Origin: Anaeromyxobacteraceae bacterium
GTDB lineage: Bacteria > Myxococcota > Myxococcia > Myxococcales > Anaeromyxobacteraceae
DNA length: 64,000 nucleotides
Reading direction: 5' to 3'
NCBI GenBank assembly: GCA_047602405.1
Contig: JASGHJ010000001.1
Span: 768,001 to 832,000 of the forward strand
The notes beneath the pieces were generated by a model, which was given only the letters and a program-made list of their open reading frames with translations, had not been told where the DNA came from and ran no database searches. A program made the translations under genes and the position numbers. Positions 1 to 10,880 of the stretch are shown here, piece by piece; position 1 is the stretch's first letter, and each line of letters opens with the position of its first letter.

Positions 1-1253
1 AGGCCGAACTCGGTGTCGTTCGCGAGCCGGACCGCCTCGTCCTCGGTCTCGAACCGGTAGAGCGGCGCGAGCGGGCCGAAGGTCTCCTCGCGGGAGACCA
101 TCATCTCCTTCGTGGCGCCGGTGAGGACGGTCGGCTGGAAGAAGGTGCCGCCGAGCGCGTGGCGCTGGCCGCCGGTGACCACCTTCGCGCCCTTCGCGAC
201 GGCGTCGGCGATGTGCTCCTCCACCTTCTTCACCGCGGCCTCGTCGATGAGCGGGCCCTGCTGCGTCTCCGCCGCGAGGCCGTCGCCCACCTTGAGCTTC
301 GCGACCGCGTCGGCGAGCTTCCTCGCGAAGGCCTCGTAGACGCCGGCCTGCACGAGGAGGCGGTTCGTGCAGACGCAGGTCTGGCCGCTGTTCCGGTACT
401 TCGACTGGATCGCGCCCACGACCGCGGCGTCGAGGTCGGCGTCGTCGAACACGATGAACGGCGCGTTGCCGCCGAGCTCGAGGGAGACCTTCTTCACGGT
501 CCCCGCGCACTGGGCCATGAGCTTCTTGCCGACCTCGGTGGACCCCGTGAAGGAGATCTTCCGGACGATGGGGTTCGTGGTGAGCTCGGTGCCGATGGCG
601 CCGGAGTCGCCGGTGACGACGTTGAAGACGCCGGGCGGCAGCCCCGCGCGCTCGCCGAGCTCGGCCAGCGCCAGCGCCGAGAACGGCGTCGCCGAGGCGG
701 GCTTCAGCACCACCGTGCAGCCGGCGGCGAGCGCCGGACCGGCCTTGCGGGTGATCATCGCCGAGGGGAAGTTCCAGGGCGTGATGGCCGCGACGACGCC
801 GATCGGCTCCTTCGTGACGAGGATCCGCTTGTCGGCCTGGTGGCCCGGGATGATGTCGCCGTAGAGCCGCCGCGCCTCCTCGCTGAACCACTCGATGAAG
901 GACGCCGAGTAGGCGATCTCGCCGCGCGACTCGGTCATGGGCTTGCCCTGCTCGGCGGTCATCAGCGTCGCGAGGTCCTCCTGGTTCGCCATCAGGAGGT
1001 CGAACCAGCGGCGGAGGATGGTCGCGCGCTCGGCGGCGGTCTTCGCGCGCCACGCCGGCAGCGCGTCCTCGGCCGCCTCGATCGCCTCGCGGGCCGCGTC
1101 GGCGCCCATGCGCGGGACCGTGCCGATGACCGCGCCGGTCGCGGGGTTCTTCACCTGGATGGTGCGCCCGTCCGGCGCGTCCACCCAGGCGCCGCGGATG
1201 TAGCAGCGCTGCCGCAGAAGGAAGTCGTCCTTCAGAGGAACGGCCGATGCCAT
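1..1253 (-). CDS. gabD: NAD(P)-dependent succinate-semialdehyde dehydrogenase (3' end outside window)
   Basis: Translated by hand from ATG 1253 (SD AAAGGAG upstream): MASAVPLKDDFLLRQRCYIRGAWVDA...ITPWNFP...FTGSTEVG...LELGGNAP...GQTCVC...EETFGP, which are aldehyde dehydrogenase/GabD motifs. Absent from the ORF track because it runs off the window edge. Confidence 0.93.
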   Translation of the reverse strand, partial: MASAVPLKDDFLLRQRCYIRGAWVDAPDGRTIQVKNPATGAVIGTVPRMGADAAREAIEAAEDALPAWRAKTAAERATILRRWFDLLMANQEDLATLMTAEQGKPMTESRGEIAYSASFIEWFSEEARRLYGDIIPGHQADKRILVTKEPIGVVAAITPWNFPSAMITRKAGPALAAGCTVVLKPASATPFSALALAELGERAGLPPGVFNVVTGDSGAIGTELTTNPIVRKISFTGSTEVGKKLMAQCAGTVKKVSLELGGNAPFIVFDDADLDAAVVGAIQSKYRNSGQTCVCTNRLLVQAGVYEAFARKLADAVAKLKVGDGLAAETQQGPLIDEAAVKKVEEHIADAVAKGAKVVTGGQRHALGGTFFQPTVLTGATKEMMVSREETFGPLAPLYRFETEDEAVRLANDTEFG

Positions 1254-1268
1254 AGGTCTGCTCCTTTG

Positions 1269-1284
1269 AGCGAGAACCATGCCA
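1269..1284 (-). promoter_or_regulatory. Candidate sigma54 (-24/-12) promoter for gabD
   Basis: The minus strand reads TGGCATGGTTCTCGCT (GG-N10-GC), next to a sigma54 activator gene. The implied TSS would be very close to the ATG. Confidence 0.5.
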
Positions 1285-1511
1285 TGCGCACCGCCGCGCC
1301 CCGGCGCACGCGGCGGGGCGCCAGGGCCGCCGGACGGACGGGCGCTGCGCGGGTGCCGGACACGGCTCGCGCGCCCGCAACGTGCCGCGAACGCGCCCGG
1401 ATCCGGGGCGCGGCGACGCTCGGTCCGGGAGCGGTGCACGGATCGGCGGCGGCTGCTCGCGGGGCGGGCGATCGGAGAGCGACGCGGAGAGCCATGCGCG
1501 CGTGCATGAGC

Positions 1512-1561
1512 TCCTTCGACTCCGTTCATCCTGAGCCTGTCGAAGGACTCGGGATGAACGG
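1512..1561. repeat. Nested REP-like palindromic element
   Basis: TCCTTCGAC-T-[CCGTTCATCCTGAGCCTGTCGAAGGA]-CTCGGGATGAACGG: one copy lies inside an oppositely oriented copy. Confidence 0.75.
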
Positions 1562-1608
1562 ACCGGGGTGTGGCGAGCGAGGGGGCCCCGCGCGGGTTCA
1601 GGAGAACC

Positions 1609-3405
<1,797 letters not shown>

Positions 3406-3520
3406 GAGGGAGGCAAGCGTGCATGAGCCCGAGCGGCCGGCCGGCGCTGCTCGGGCCAGGAGCACCTGTGTGCACAGGGTGATGGACGATGCGGACTTAC
3501 ACCCACACGGGCACTCTCGA

Positions 3521-3536
3521 TGGCACGAACGGTGCT
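3521..3536 (+). promoter_or_regulatory. sigma54 promoter for the aminotransferase operon
   Basis: TGGCACGAACGGTGCT closely matches TGGCACG-N4-TTGCW and is divergent from the activator gene. Confidence 0.75.
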
Positions 3537-3549
3537 CGGGACGGGGCCC

Positions 3550-4914
3550 GTGAACGCTCCCGCTGCCATCGACCGCACGAAGCTCGCCGCCGCCCTCGAG
3601 ACCGAGCTCTCGCGGTTCCGGGCGGAGCACCCGCGGTCGGCGGCGCTGTTCGCGCGGGCGAAGGCGCACCTCCACGACGGCGTGCCGATGAGCTGGATGA
3701 TCCGGTGGGCCGGCGCGTTTCCGCTCTTCGTGGAGCGCGCCCAGGGCGCGCGCTTCCACGACGTGGACGGGAAGGAGTACGTCGACCTCTGCCTCGGCGA
3801 CACCGGCGCGATGACCGGCCACGCGCCGCCCGCCTCGATCGCCGCCATCAAGGCGCAGCTCGACCGCGGCCTCACCTTCATGCTGCCGACCGAGGACGCC
3901 CTCGCGGTCTCCTCCGAGCTCTCGCGCCGCTTCGGCCTGCCGCTCTGGCAGGCGGCGATGACGGCGACCGACGCGAACCGGTTCGTCATCCGCATCGCCC
4001 GCGAGATCACGCGGCGGCCGAAGATCCTCGTCTTCAACTGGTGCTACCACGGCACCGTCGACGAGACGTTCGCGACGCTCCGCCCGGACGGCACCGTCGG
4101 CCCGCGCGCCGGCAACGTGGGCCCGCCGGTCGATCCGGCGGTCACCACCCGGGTGGTCGAGTTCAACGACGTCGCCGCGCTCGAGCGCGAGCTCGCGAAG
4201 GGCGACGTCGCCTGCGTGCTCGCCGAGCCGGCGATGACGAACATCGGCATCGTGCTGCCCGACCCGGGCTTCCACGAGGCGCTGCGCGCGCTGACGCGGA
4301 GGCACGGCACCCTCCTCGTCAACGACGAGACCCACACCATCTCCGCCGGCCCGGGCGGGGCGACCCGCGCCTGGAAGCTCGAGCCGGACCTCCTCACCAT
4401 CGGCAAGCCCCTCGCCTCCGGCGTCCCCGCCGCCGTCTTCGGCTTCACCGAGGAGGTCGCCCGGCGCTGGAAGGCGCGCACCGAGCTCGACCTCTCCGAC
4501 ACCGGCGGCATCGGCGGCACGCTCGCGGGCAACGCCCTCGCGCTCGCCGCGATGCGGGCGACCCTGACCCAGGTGCTCACCGAGGAGGCCTACGGGCGGA
4601 TGATCCCGCTCGCCGAGCGCTTCGCGGCGGGCGTCGAGGGCGTCATCGCCGAGCACGGGCTGCCGTGGATCGTGAAGCGGCTCGGCGCGCGCGCGGAGTA
4701 CTGGTTCCGCGCCACCGCCCCCCGGAACGGCGGCGAGGCGGCCGCGGCCATCGACGCCGAGCTCGACCGGTACATGCACCTCGCGGCGCTCAACCGCGGC
4801 ATCCTCATGACGCCGTTCCACAACATGGCGCTCATGTGCCCGGCGACCTCTGCGGCCGACGTGGACTTGCACACCGCCGTGTTTCGCGAGAGCGTGCGGG
4901 CGGTGCTGACGTGA
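3550..4914 (+). CDS. Class III PLP aminotransferase (glutamate-1-semialdehyde aminomutase-like subgroup)
   Basis: DVDGKEYVD, YHG, EP, DETHT, IGKP (PLP Lys), GGTLAGN. The track ATG at 3520 overlaps the sigma54 promoter, so GTG 3550 is preferred. Confidence 0.88.
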   Translation: MNAPAAIDRTKLAAALETELSRFRAEHPRSAALFARAKAHLHDGVPMSWMIRWAGAFPLFVERAQGARFHDVDGKEYVDLCLGDTGAMTGHAPPASIAAIKAQLDRGLTFMLPTEDALAVSSELSRRFGLPLWQAAMTATDANRFVIRIAREITRRPKILVFNWCYHGTVDETFATLRPDGTVGPRAGNVGPPVDPAVTTRVVEFNDVAALERELAKGDVACVLAEPAMTNIGIVLPDPGFHEALRALTRRHGTLLVNDETHTISAGPGGATRAWKLEPDLLTIGKPLASGVPAAVFGFTEEVARRWKARTELDLSDTGGIGGTLAGNALALAAMRATLTQVLTEEAYGRMIPLAERFAAGVEGVIAEHGLPWIVKRLGARAEYWFRATAPRNGGEAAAAIDAELDRYMHLAALNRGILMTPFHNMALMCPATSAADVDLHTAVFRESVRAVLT

Positions 4915-5055
4915 TCCCGAACGAGCACGCCCAACCGCCTCCCCGGCGCGCCTGATCCTCAGGCTCCACGGCCCTCGCGTCCTGCTTCGCGAAGCAGGGG
5001 CGAGGCGCCGGCCCCGCTGCAGCTTTCGTCACCCACACCACTCGAAGGGTCTCCC

Positions 5056-6403
5056 ATGTCCCAGGATCTCAAGGGCGCGCTCCAGCAGTCCACCCAGGTG
5101 ATGGACCTCATCGCGAAGCGGCACCTCGACGCCGCCGAGCGCGACCGCGTCGTCAAGGAGTCGGTGCAGTTCTGGAACGAGCACGTCAACGCCGGCTTCC
5201 TGCAGTACCGGAAGTCGGTCTCCACCGACTACACCGCGGTCGAGTGGGAGGACGAGGGCGCGGTGTTCCGCGACGTGAACGGCAAGGAGTTCATCGACAT
5301 GCTCGGTGGCTTCGGCATCTACGTCACGGGCCACCGGCACCCCAAGGTCCTGAAGGCGGTGATGGACCAGCTGCAGAAGCAGGCCATCCACTCGCAGGAG
5401 CTCATCGACCCGCTGCGCACCTACCTCGCGCGGCTCGTCGCGCAGATCACCCCGGGTGACCTCCAGTACTCGTTCTTCTCGAACTCCGGCACCGAGTCGA
5501 TCGAGGGCTGCCTCAAGATGGCGATCCTCACCACCGGGCGCCGGAAGCTCGTCGGCACCATCGGCGCCTTCCACGGCAAGTCGATGGGCTCGCTCGGCGG
5601 CACCTCGAAGGCGTTCTTCCGCGAGCCGTTCCTCCCGCTGCTCAACTGGATGCACGTGCCGTTCGGCGACGTGGCCGCGCTCGAGATGGTGCTCGCGAGC
5701 GGCGACTTCACCGGAGACCGCGTCGCCGCCGTCGTCATCGAGCCGATCCAGGGCGAGGGCGGCATCAACGTGGCGCCCCCGGGCTACCTCAAGGCCGCCC
5801 GCGAGCTCTGCGACAAGTTCGGCTCGATGCTGATCTTCGACGAGGTCCAGTCCGGCATGGCCCGCACCGGCAAGATGTTCGCGTGCGAGCACGACGGCGT
5901 GACGCCCGACCTCATGGCGCTCGGCAAGGGCTTCGGCGGCGGCGTGATGCCCATCGGCGCGGTCGTCGGCACGCCGAAGACCTGGCAGAAATACATCGAC
6001 AACCCGTTCCTCCACACGACGACCTTCGGCGGCAACCCGGTCGCGTGCGCGGCGGCGATCGCGACGATCCACGTCCTCCTCGAGGAGAACCTCGCCCAGG
6101 CGGCCGGCGAGAAGGGCGAGTACATGCTGAAGGCGATGAACGCCCTCGCCGCGAAGTACCCGAGCGTCATGAAGCTCGCCCGCGGCCGCGGCCTCATGAT
6201 CGGCATGGAGTTCACCGACAACGACCTCGGCTACCAGGTCGCGAAGGAGCTTCTTCGCGCGGCAGATCCTGATCTCCGGCACGTACATCAACGCCCGCGT
6301 GCTCCGCGTCGAGCCGTCGCTCACCATCGGCTACCCGCAGATCGACCAGTTCCTGTCGCGCCTCGAGGACAGCCTCAAGGCGGTCCAGGCGACGAAGAAG
6401 TAG
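5056..6403 (+). CDS. patA: Putrescine aminotransferase (+1 frameshift near 6251)
   Basis: HVNAGFLQYRKSV, FIDMLGGFGIY, NSGTESIE, DEVQSG, GKGFGGG. After removing one base near 6251 the C-terminus reads LFARQILISGTYINARVLRVEPSLTI..., matching the PatA/YgjG C-terminus, with stop TAG at 6401-6403. Confidence 0.9.
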
Positions 6404-6426
6404 GCTTGAGGTCGCGAGGTTCACGG

Positions 6427-6456
6427 ACCGGCGGGTCGCACGAGCGGCCCGCCGGT
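6427..6456. terminator. GC-rich hairpin between convergent genes (probable terminator)
   Basis: ACCGGCGGGTCGC-ACGA-GCGGCCCGCCGGT inverted repeat. Confidence 0.5.
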
Positions 6457-6496
6457 GCTCGTTTCTGGGCGCCGCATGAGCGCGGCGTTCCAGCCG

Positions 6497-7408
6497 CTAG
6501 AGCGCCCAGCCCATGAACACCGTCGTCGTGTCGATGCCGCCCTTCACGTCGAAGAGCTCGGCCTTGCCGGCGTAGTACCGCACCCCGAGCTCGAAGCGCG
6601 AGCCGCCCGCGAGCGGCACGCCGACGCCGGCGCCGAGCTGGAGGACGGCCGCCTTCCCGGAGTCGCTGGCCCCGGTACCCAGGTACTGGCCGGAGAGGCC
6701 GACGAGGGACACGCCGCCGCCCACCACGACGTACGCCTCGAGCTTCGGGGACGGCGCGACGAGGCGCAGCCCGGCGAGGAGCGGCACGGAGTTGAACCTG
6801 ATCTCGACCCCGTGCTCGTCGGCGGACAGCCTCGACCAGCCCGCCGTCAGCTCGAGGGCGAGGTTGGGCGCGAGCGGGGTGACGATCCCGACCTCGAGGG
6901 CGAAGCCGGCGTCGAAGCCTTCGAGGTCGTCGTCGGCCGGGAGCGCGAACCCCCCTCGGGCGATGAAGCGCGTGCGGTCGGCCGACGCGGGCGGCGGCGG
7001 CGGGGCGAGCGCCCGCGGGGCCGCAGGCGGCGCGGTCGGGGCGCCGCTCGCGGCGGCGGGGACGGCGCTCACGGAAGGCGGCCGCGGGGCACCCTCCTCG
7101 AGGCCGACGTCGGAGGCGCGGACGTAGCCGGACTCGCCGGTCGGGACCTTCACGCGCACGAAGCCGCGCACGAGGCCAGGGACCAGGGCGACCTCCATGC
7201 CCGCCGGCACCGTCGCCCGGGCCTGGGCGAGCCCGTCGGGCCCGCCGCGCAGCACGGTGTCGGCGAGGATCCGCCCACGCTGCGTGAACCCGTCGACCGG
7301 CGCGGCCGCGGCCGGGGCGGCGGCGGGCAGGGCCCCGGGCGCCGGCTGGGCGAACGAGGCGAACGGTGCGGCGAGCAGCGCGAGTGCAGCGAGGCGTACG
7401 ACGGACAT
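6497..7408 (-). CDS. Exported protein: SH3-like N-domain, Pro/Ala linker, outer-membrane beta-barrel
   Basis: Signal peptide MSVVRLAALALLAAPFASFA; SH3b-like GFVRVKVPTGESGYVRASDV; alternating amphipathic beta-strands in the C-terminal half. Confidence 0.7.
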   Translation of the reverse strand: MSVVRLAALALLAAPFASFAQPAPGALPAAAPAAAAPVDGFTQRGRILADTVLRGGPDGLAQARATVPAGMEVALVPGLVRGFVRVKVPTGESGYVRASDVGLEEGAPRPPSVSAVPAAASGAPTAPPAAPRALAPPPPPASADRTRFIARGGFALPADDDLEGFDAGFALEVGIVTPLAPNLALELTAGWSRLSADEHGVEIRFNSVPLLAGLRLVAPSPKLEAYVVVGGGVSLVGLSGQYLGTGASDSGKAAVLQLGAGVGVPLAGGSRFELGVRYYAGKAELFDVKGGIDTTTVFMGWAL

Positions 7409-7595
7409 GTGGAGCTCCCCCCGATGGTGAAGTGCGGCCCCCCGGCCGCCGCGGCAGGCTAACTTCACTCCCTGCAAAAGAGACGGGAGACCGCCTGCGC
7501 GGTTTGTCGCACGCCTCCGGCACGCCGACGTTGCTCCGGGAACACCCGCACGTTCGGTGTGGCCCCGGCGGGCGGACGGCGGTAGCGTCGCCGCC

Positions 7596-8285
7596 ATGCG
7601 CCCCTCCGCCCGGCTGGCGATCCTCGCGACCCTCGCCGTGCTCGCCGCGTGTGGGCCCGAGAAGCCGTACTACCGGGACGGAGAGTTCAGCCTCGGCGCG
7701 CGCGAGGTCGCGGTCCGAGCCGTGCCCGGCGGACCCTCCCCCGTCGAGACGGTCTCGATCACGATCGTGGGCAAGGACGTCATCGGGGCGAAGGTCGTCG
7801 AACGCTACGGCACGACGCGGCCGGCGTGGCTCGGCGCGGAGGTCGTGGGCACGGGGACGACGCCCTCGCTCGTCGTGACCCTCGGCACGGCGCTCGACCC
7901 CGGGACGTACCGTGGCAACGTGACCGTCGTGACCACCGATCGCGTGGGAGACGCGATCACCTCGCGGGACCTCTGGGTCACCTACACGGTGAAGGTTCCG
8001 GTCCGGTTCACGTCGCCGCCCCTGCAGTTCTCCGACTTCGTCGGGACGTCGCACACGCTCTTCGGGTCCCTGTACGTCCACGAGGAGGGCGTGGAGCCGT
8101 GGACGGTGTCCTCGGATGCAGCCTGGCTCACGGTCACGCGGAGCCCATCCGACTCGGCGTCCGTGACGGTCCGGACGGACGGCCTTCCCGTCGGCACGTA
8201 CGTCGGGCACGTCACGCTCACGGGAGCGCTGCCCGGCGAGACGGACGTCTCGCCCGTCGAGCTCACGATCTCGAACATGCCCTGA
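7596..8285 (+). CDS. Lipoprotein with BACON/Ig-like domains
   Basis: Lipobox LAAC; WTVSSDAAWLTV and GTYxGxVT motifs. Confidence 0.7.
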   Translation: MRPSARLAILATLAVLAACGPEKPYYRDGEFSLGAREVAVRAVPGGPSPVETVSITIVGKDVIGAKVVERYGTTRPAWLGAEVVGTGTTPSLVVTLGTALDPGTYRGNVTVVTTDRVGDAITSRDLWVTYTVKVPVRFTSPPLQFSDFVGTSHTLFGSLYVHEEGVEPWTVSSDAAWLTVTRSPSDSASVTVRTDGLPVGTYVGHVTLTGALPGETDVSPVELTISNMP

Positions 8286-8294
8286 GGTGGCCGC

Positions 8295-9116
8295 TCAGGG
8301 CTCGCCCGGCTTCTGCCCCGGCGCCGCGAGGAACTCGACCCCGTCCGCCTGGATCCGCCACCGTCCAGCGCCGTCGTCGAGCACGAGCCCGTTCCGGTGC
8401 AGGAGCGCCGCGTAGACGTGCACCTCCCGCGGGCACGCCGTGGGGTCCTTCGCGTACGCGAACCCCGACTTCACCCGCGTCGTCGCGCAGAGCGCCGAGA
8501 GCGCGCGGTCGGCCACGACGCGCGCGCCGTCCGGCGAGACCGTGCGCAGCACGTGGCCCCCGAGGACCCACTCCTCCTCCTCGCCGCGCGCGAGCAGGTA
8601 CACCTGCCAGTCATCCTCGCCGACCGTGGCGCCCGGCAGGATGGCGACCGCGTAGTCGTCGGTGCAGGCCTTCACGGCCTGGGCGGTCGCGCGCTCGTGG
8701 ATCTCGAGGAACAATGCGGTCTCGGGGTCGAGCTTGCCCGGCGGGTCGACCACCATGAGCCGGGCGGCCTCGGGCGCCGTGCGCTCGAAGGCCACGCGAA
8801 ACGCTTCGTAGGGCGCACCCTGCGCGTCGCGGGCGAGCTCGTGGACGACCCAGCCGCGGCCGTCGTTCGTGACGATCGACGCGACGAGCGCCTTCGTGGA
8901 CAGGCCGGAGTGCACGAGCGCGGCGACGGCCCAGCGCTGCAACATGTCCTGCAGCGCGAGCTGTCGGCCGACGGCGACCGCCCGGCGGACGGGCTCGCGG
9001 CACGCCTCGGGCCAGACCTGCCCGGCGAGGCCGGAGACGTCGGGCGCCGCGGGCCGGGAGGTCGCGCACGCCGCGAGGAGCGCGCCGAGCGCGGCCGGGA
9101 GGAGCGCGCGCCTCAC
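8295..9116 (-). CDS. Hypothetical lipoprotein
   Basis: GTG start overlaps the upstream stop (GTGA); lipobox LLAAC. Confidence 0.7.
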   Translation of the reverse strand: MRRALLPAALGALLAACATSRPAAPDVSGLAGQVWPEACREPVRRAVAVGRQLALQDMLQRWAVAALVHSGLSTKALVASIVTNDGRGWVVHELARDAQGAPYEAFRVAFERTAPEAARLMVVDPPGKLDPETALFLEIHERATAQAVKACTDDYAVAILPGATVGEDDWQVYLLARGEEEEWVLGGHVLRTVSPDGARVVADRALSALCATTRVKSGFAYAKDPTACPREVHVYAALLHRNGLVLDDGAGRWRIQADGVEFLAAPGQKPGEP

Positions 9117-10585
9117 GCGGCCCACCAGCGGCCGGCGTCCGTCCGGGCCTTTCCCTCGTCGCAGAGCTTCTCGAGCACCGCGAGGCAGCTCCGCTCGGCC
9201 ACCGGGTGGACCACGGCGGACGTGTCGGCGTAGGCGCGGGCGGTCAGCTCGGCGAGCGTGCCGCCGCCGGCGAGCAGCGCATCCTGCACGAGCCCCTCGC
9301 GGCCGCGGCGGTGTGCCCGGAACTTCGCGAGCGCGGCCGGCGCGTCGGGCGCCGGCGGGCCGTGGGCCGGGTAGAGCGTGCGCGGGCCGAGCGCGCGGAG
9401 CCGCTCGAGCTGGCGCTCGTACTCGGCCATGTCGCCCTCGGGCGGGTCGATCACGATGGTGGAGAGGGTCGAGATCATGTCGCCCGCGACGAGCGCGCCG
9501 GTGTCCTCGTCGAGGAAGCAGAGGTGCTCGCGCGCGTGGCCGGGCGTGTGGAGCGCGCGGAAGCGCCCGCCGAGGAGGTCGCCGTCGCGGACGGGGGCGA
9601 TCGGCACCGGGACCCGATCCTGCGCGAGCGGGTGCGCGCGGATGGGCACCTTCCGGCTCCGCGCGAGCGCCGCCACGCCACCGACGTGGTCCGGGTGCGC
9701 GTGCGTGAGCCAGAGCTCGCGCACGGGCTTCTCGAGCACGTCGAGCCAGGCGTCGAACGCGGCCTGCTCGCCCGGGTCCGGCGAGCCGGGGTCCACCACC
9801 GCGACCCCGTCGCCGCAGGGGAGCACCCAGGCGTTCGTGTGCGTCGCGGGTGGGAGCGTCGGCGTGCGGAGCGCGGCCTGGAAGAAGCCCTCCTGGTACT
9901 CCACCCGGTTCGTGGCGGCGGTCGGCGGCGCGCGGAGCGCCGCGAGGTCGAGCGGCCCCTCGCGCGCGACGACGCGGACGCCGTGCAGGTTGGGCGGGTA
10001 GAGCAGCACCTCGCCGCGCGACCAGCGCCGGAGCGCGTCGCGCGCGACGAACATCGCGCCGCCCGCGAGCTCGCCGGGCCAGACCTCCGGCGTCTCGCCG
10101 TCGGGCAGGCGCACCGCGAAGAGGCGCGCGTCGTAGCGGAGCGGGAGGAACTCGGGCGTCACCCACCGGCCGGCCAGCTCGAACGGCGCCGCCTCGAGCG
10201 AGAGCCCGAGCCGGTCGAGCGCGCCGGGCAGGCCGACCTCGCCGGAGAGGAGCGCGGCGCGCACCTCGTCGCGGAGCACGCGCGGGACCTTCGCCGCGCC
10301 GCGCGCGACGAGCACGCCGGTCTCCTCGAAGAGCTCGCGCGCCGCGCAGGCGACGAGGCGGGCCGCCTCGCCCGTCGCGCCGGCCACGACCACGGCGTCA
10401 TCGTCGGGATCCAGGCGCCCGCCCGGGAAGGCGTGGAAGCCCCCGGCGAAGCGCCGCTCCGCGCCGCGGCGAACGAGGAGGAGCTCGCGGCCGGCCGGCC
10501 CGTCGCGCCAGAGGATCACCGCCGTCGCGAGGACGGGTCCCGGCGGCGGGGGCGCCGGGGGGAGTCCGGGGAAGGTGGCGGACAT
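9113..10585 (-). CDS. Nudix hydrolase - metallo-beta-lactamase (LACTB2-like) fusion
   Basis: Nudix box FPGGRLD...ARELFEETG; MBL motifs THAHPDHVGG, TPGH, GD, PAHG. Confidence 0.88.
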   Translation of the reverse strand: MSATFPGLPPAPPPPGPVLATAVILWRDGPAGRELLLVRRGAERRFAGGFHAFPGGRLDPDDDAVVVAGATGEAARLVACAARELFEETGVLVARGAAKVPRVLRDEVRAALLSGEVGLPGALDRLGLSLEAAPFELAGRWVTPEFLPLRYDARLFAVRLPDGETPEVWPGELAGGAMFVARDALRRWSRGEVLLYPPNLHGVRVVAREGPLDLAALRAPPTAATNRVEYQEGFFQAALRTPTLPPATHTNAWVLPCGDGVAVVDPGSPDPGEQAAFDAWLDVLEKPVRELWLTHAHPDHVGGVAALARSRKVPIRAHPLAQDRVPVPIAPVRDGDLLGGRFRALHTPGHAREHLCFLDEDTGALVAGDMISTLSTIVIDPPEGDMAEYERQLERLRALGPRTLYPAHGPPAPDAPAALAKFRAHRRGREGLVQDALLAGGGTLAELTARAYADTSAVVHPVAERSCLAVLEKLCDEGKARTDAGRWWAA

Positions 10586-10604
10586 GCCGTGATTCTAGCG
10601 CGTG

Positions 10605-10651
10605 CCTCGTCTCCGCGGCCGCTTCGCGGCCGCTACGCTCGGCACGAACGG
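10605..10651. repeat. REP-like palindromic element
   Basis: CCTCGTCTCCG-CGGCCGC-TTC-GCGGCCG-CTACGCTCGGCACGAACGG. Confidence 0.85.
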
Positions 10652-10667
10652 TAGGGGTATCCCGGAC

Positions 10668-10830
10668 CTCCAACCCTCCGCTCCAACCCTCCGGTCCAAA
10701 CCCTCCGGTCCAACCCTACGCTCCAACCCACGCTCCAACCCTCCGCTCCAACCCTCCGGTCCCGAGCCTCCGGTCCAACCCCCGCTCCAACCCTCCGCTC
10801 CAACCCTCCGGTCCCGAGCCTCCGGTCCAA
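10668..10830. repeat. Minisatellite, about 12.5 copies of (C/G)TCCAACCCTCCG
   Basis: Direct tandem 12-14 bp units with a higher-order duplication; the variant unit GTCCCGAGCCTCCG occurs at 10759 and 10811. Confidence 0.95.
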
Positions 10831-10878
10831 CCGTCAGCCCCGAGCGTAGCCCGCCGCAGGCGGGCGGAGACGAGGGGC
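10831..10878. repeat. REP-like palindromic element (inverted relative to the 10605 copy)
   Basis: CCGTCAGCCCCGAGCGTAG-CCCGCC-GCA-GGCGGG-CGGAGACGAGGGGC. Confidence 0.85.
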
Positions 10879-10880
10879 GC

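Noticed and set aside
4973..5005. Strong hairpin between the two aminotransferase genes as a riboswitch or ncRNA
   Set aside because: It is a single GC stem with no recognisable aptamer; more likely a stabiliser or partial terminator.
10668..10830. Possible CRISPR array
   Set aside because: The units are 12-14 bp and directly abut, with no unique spacers and no cas genes.
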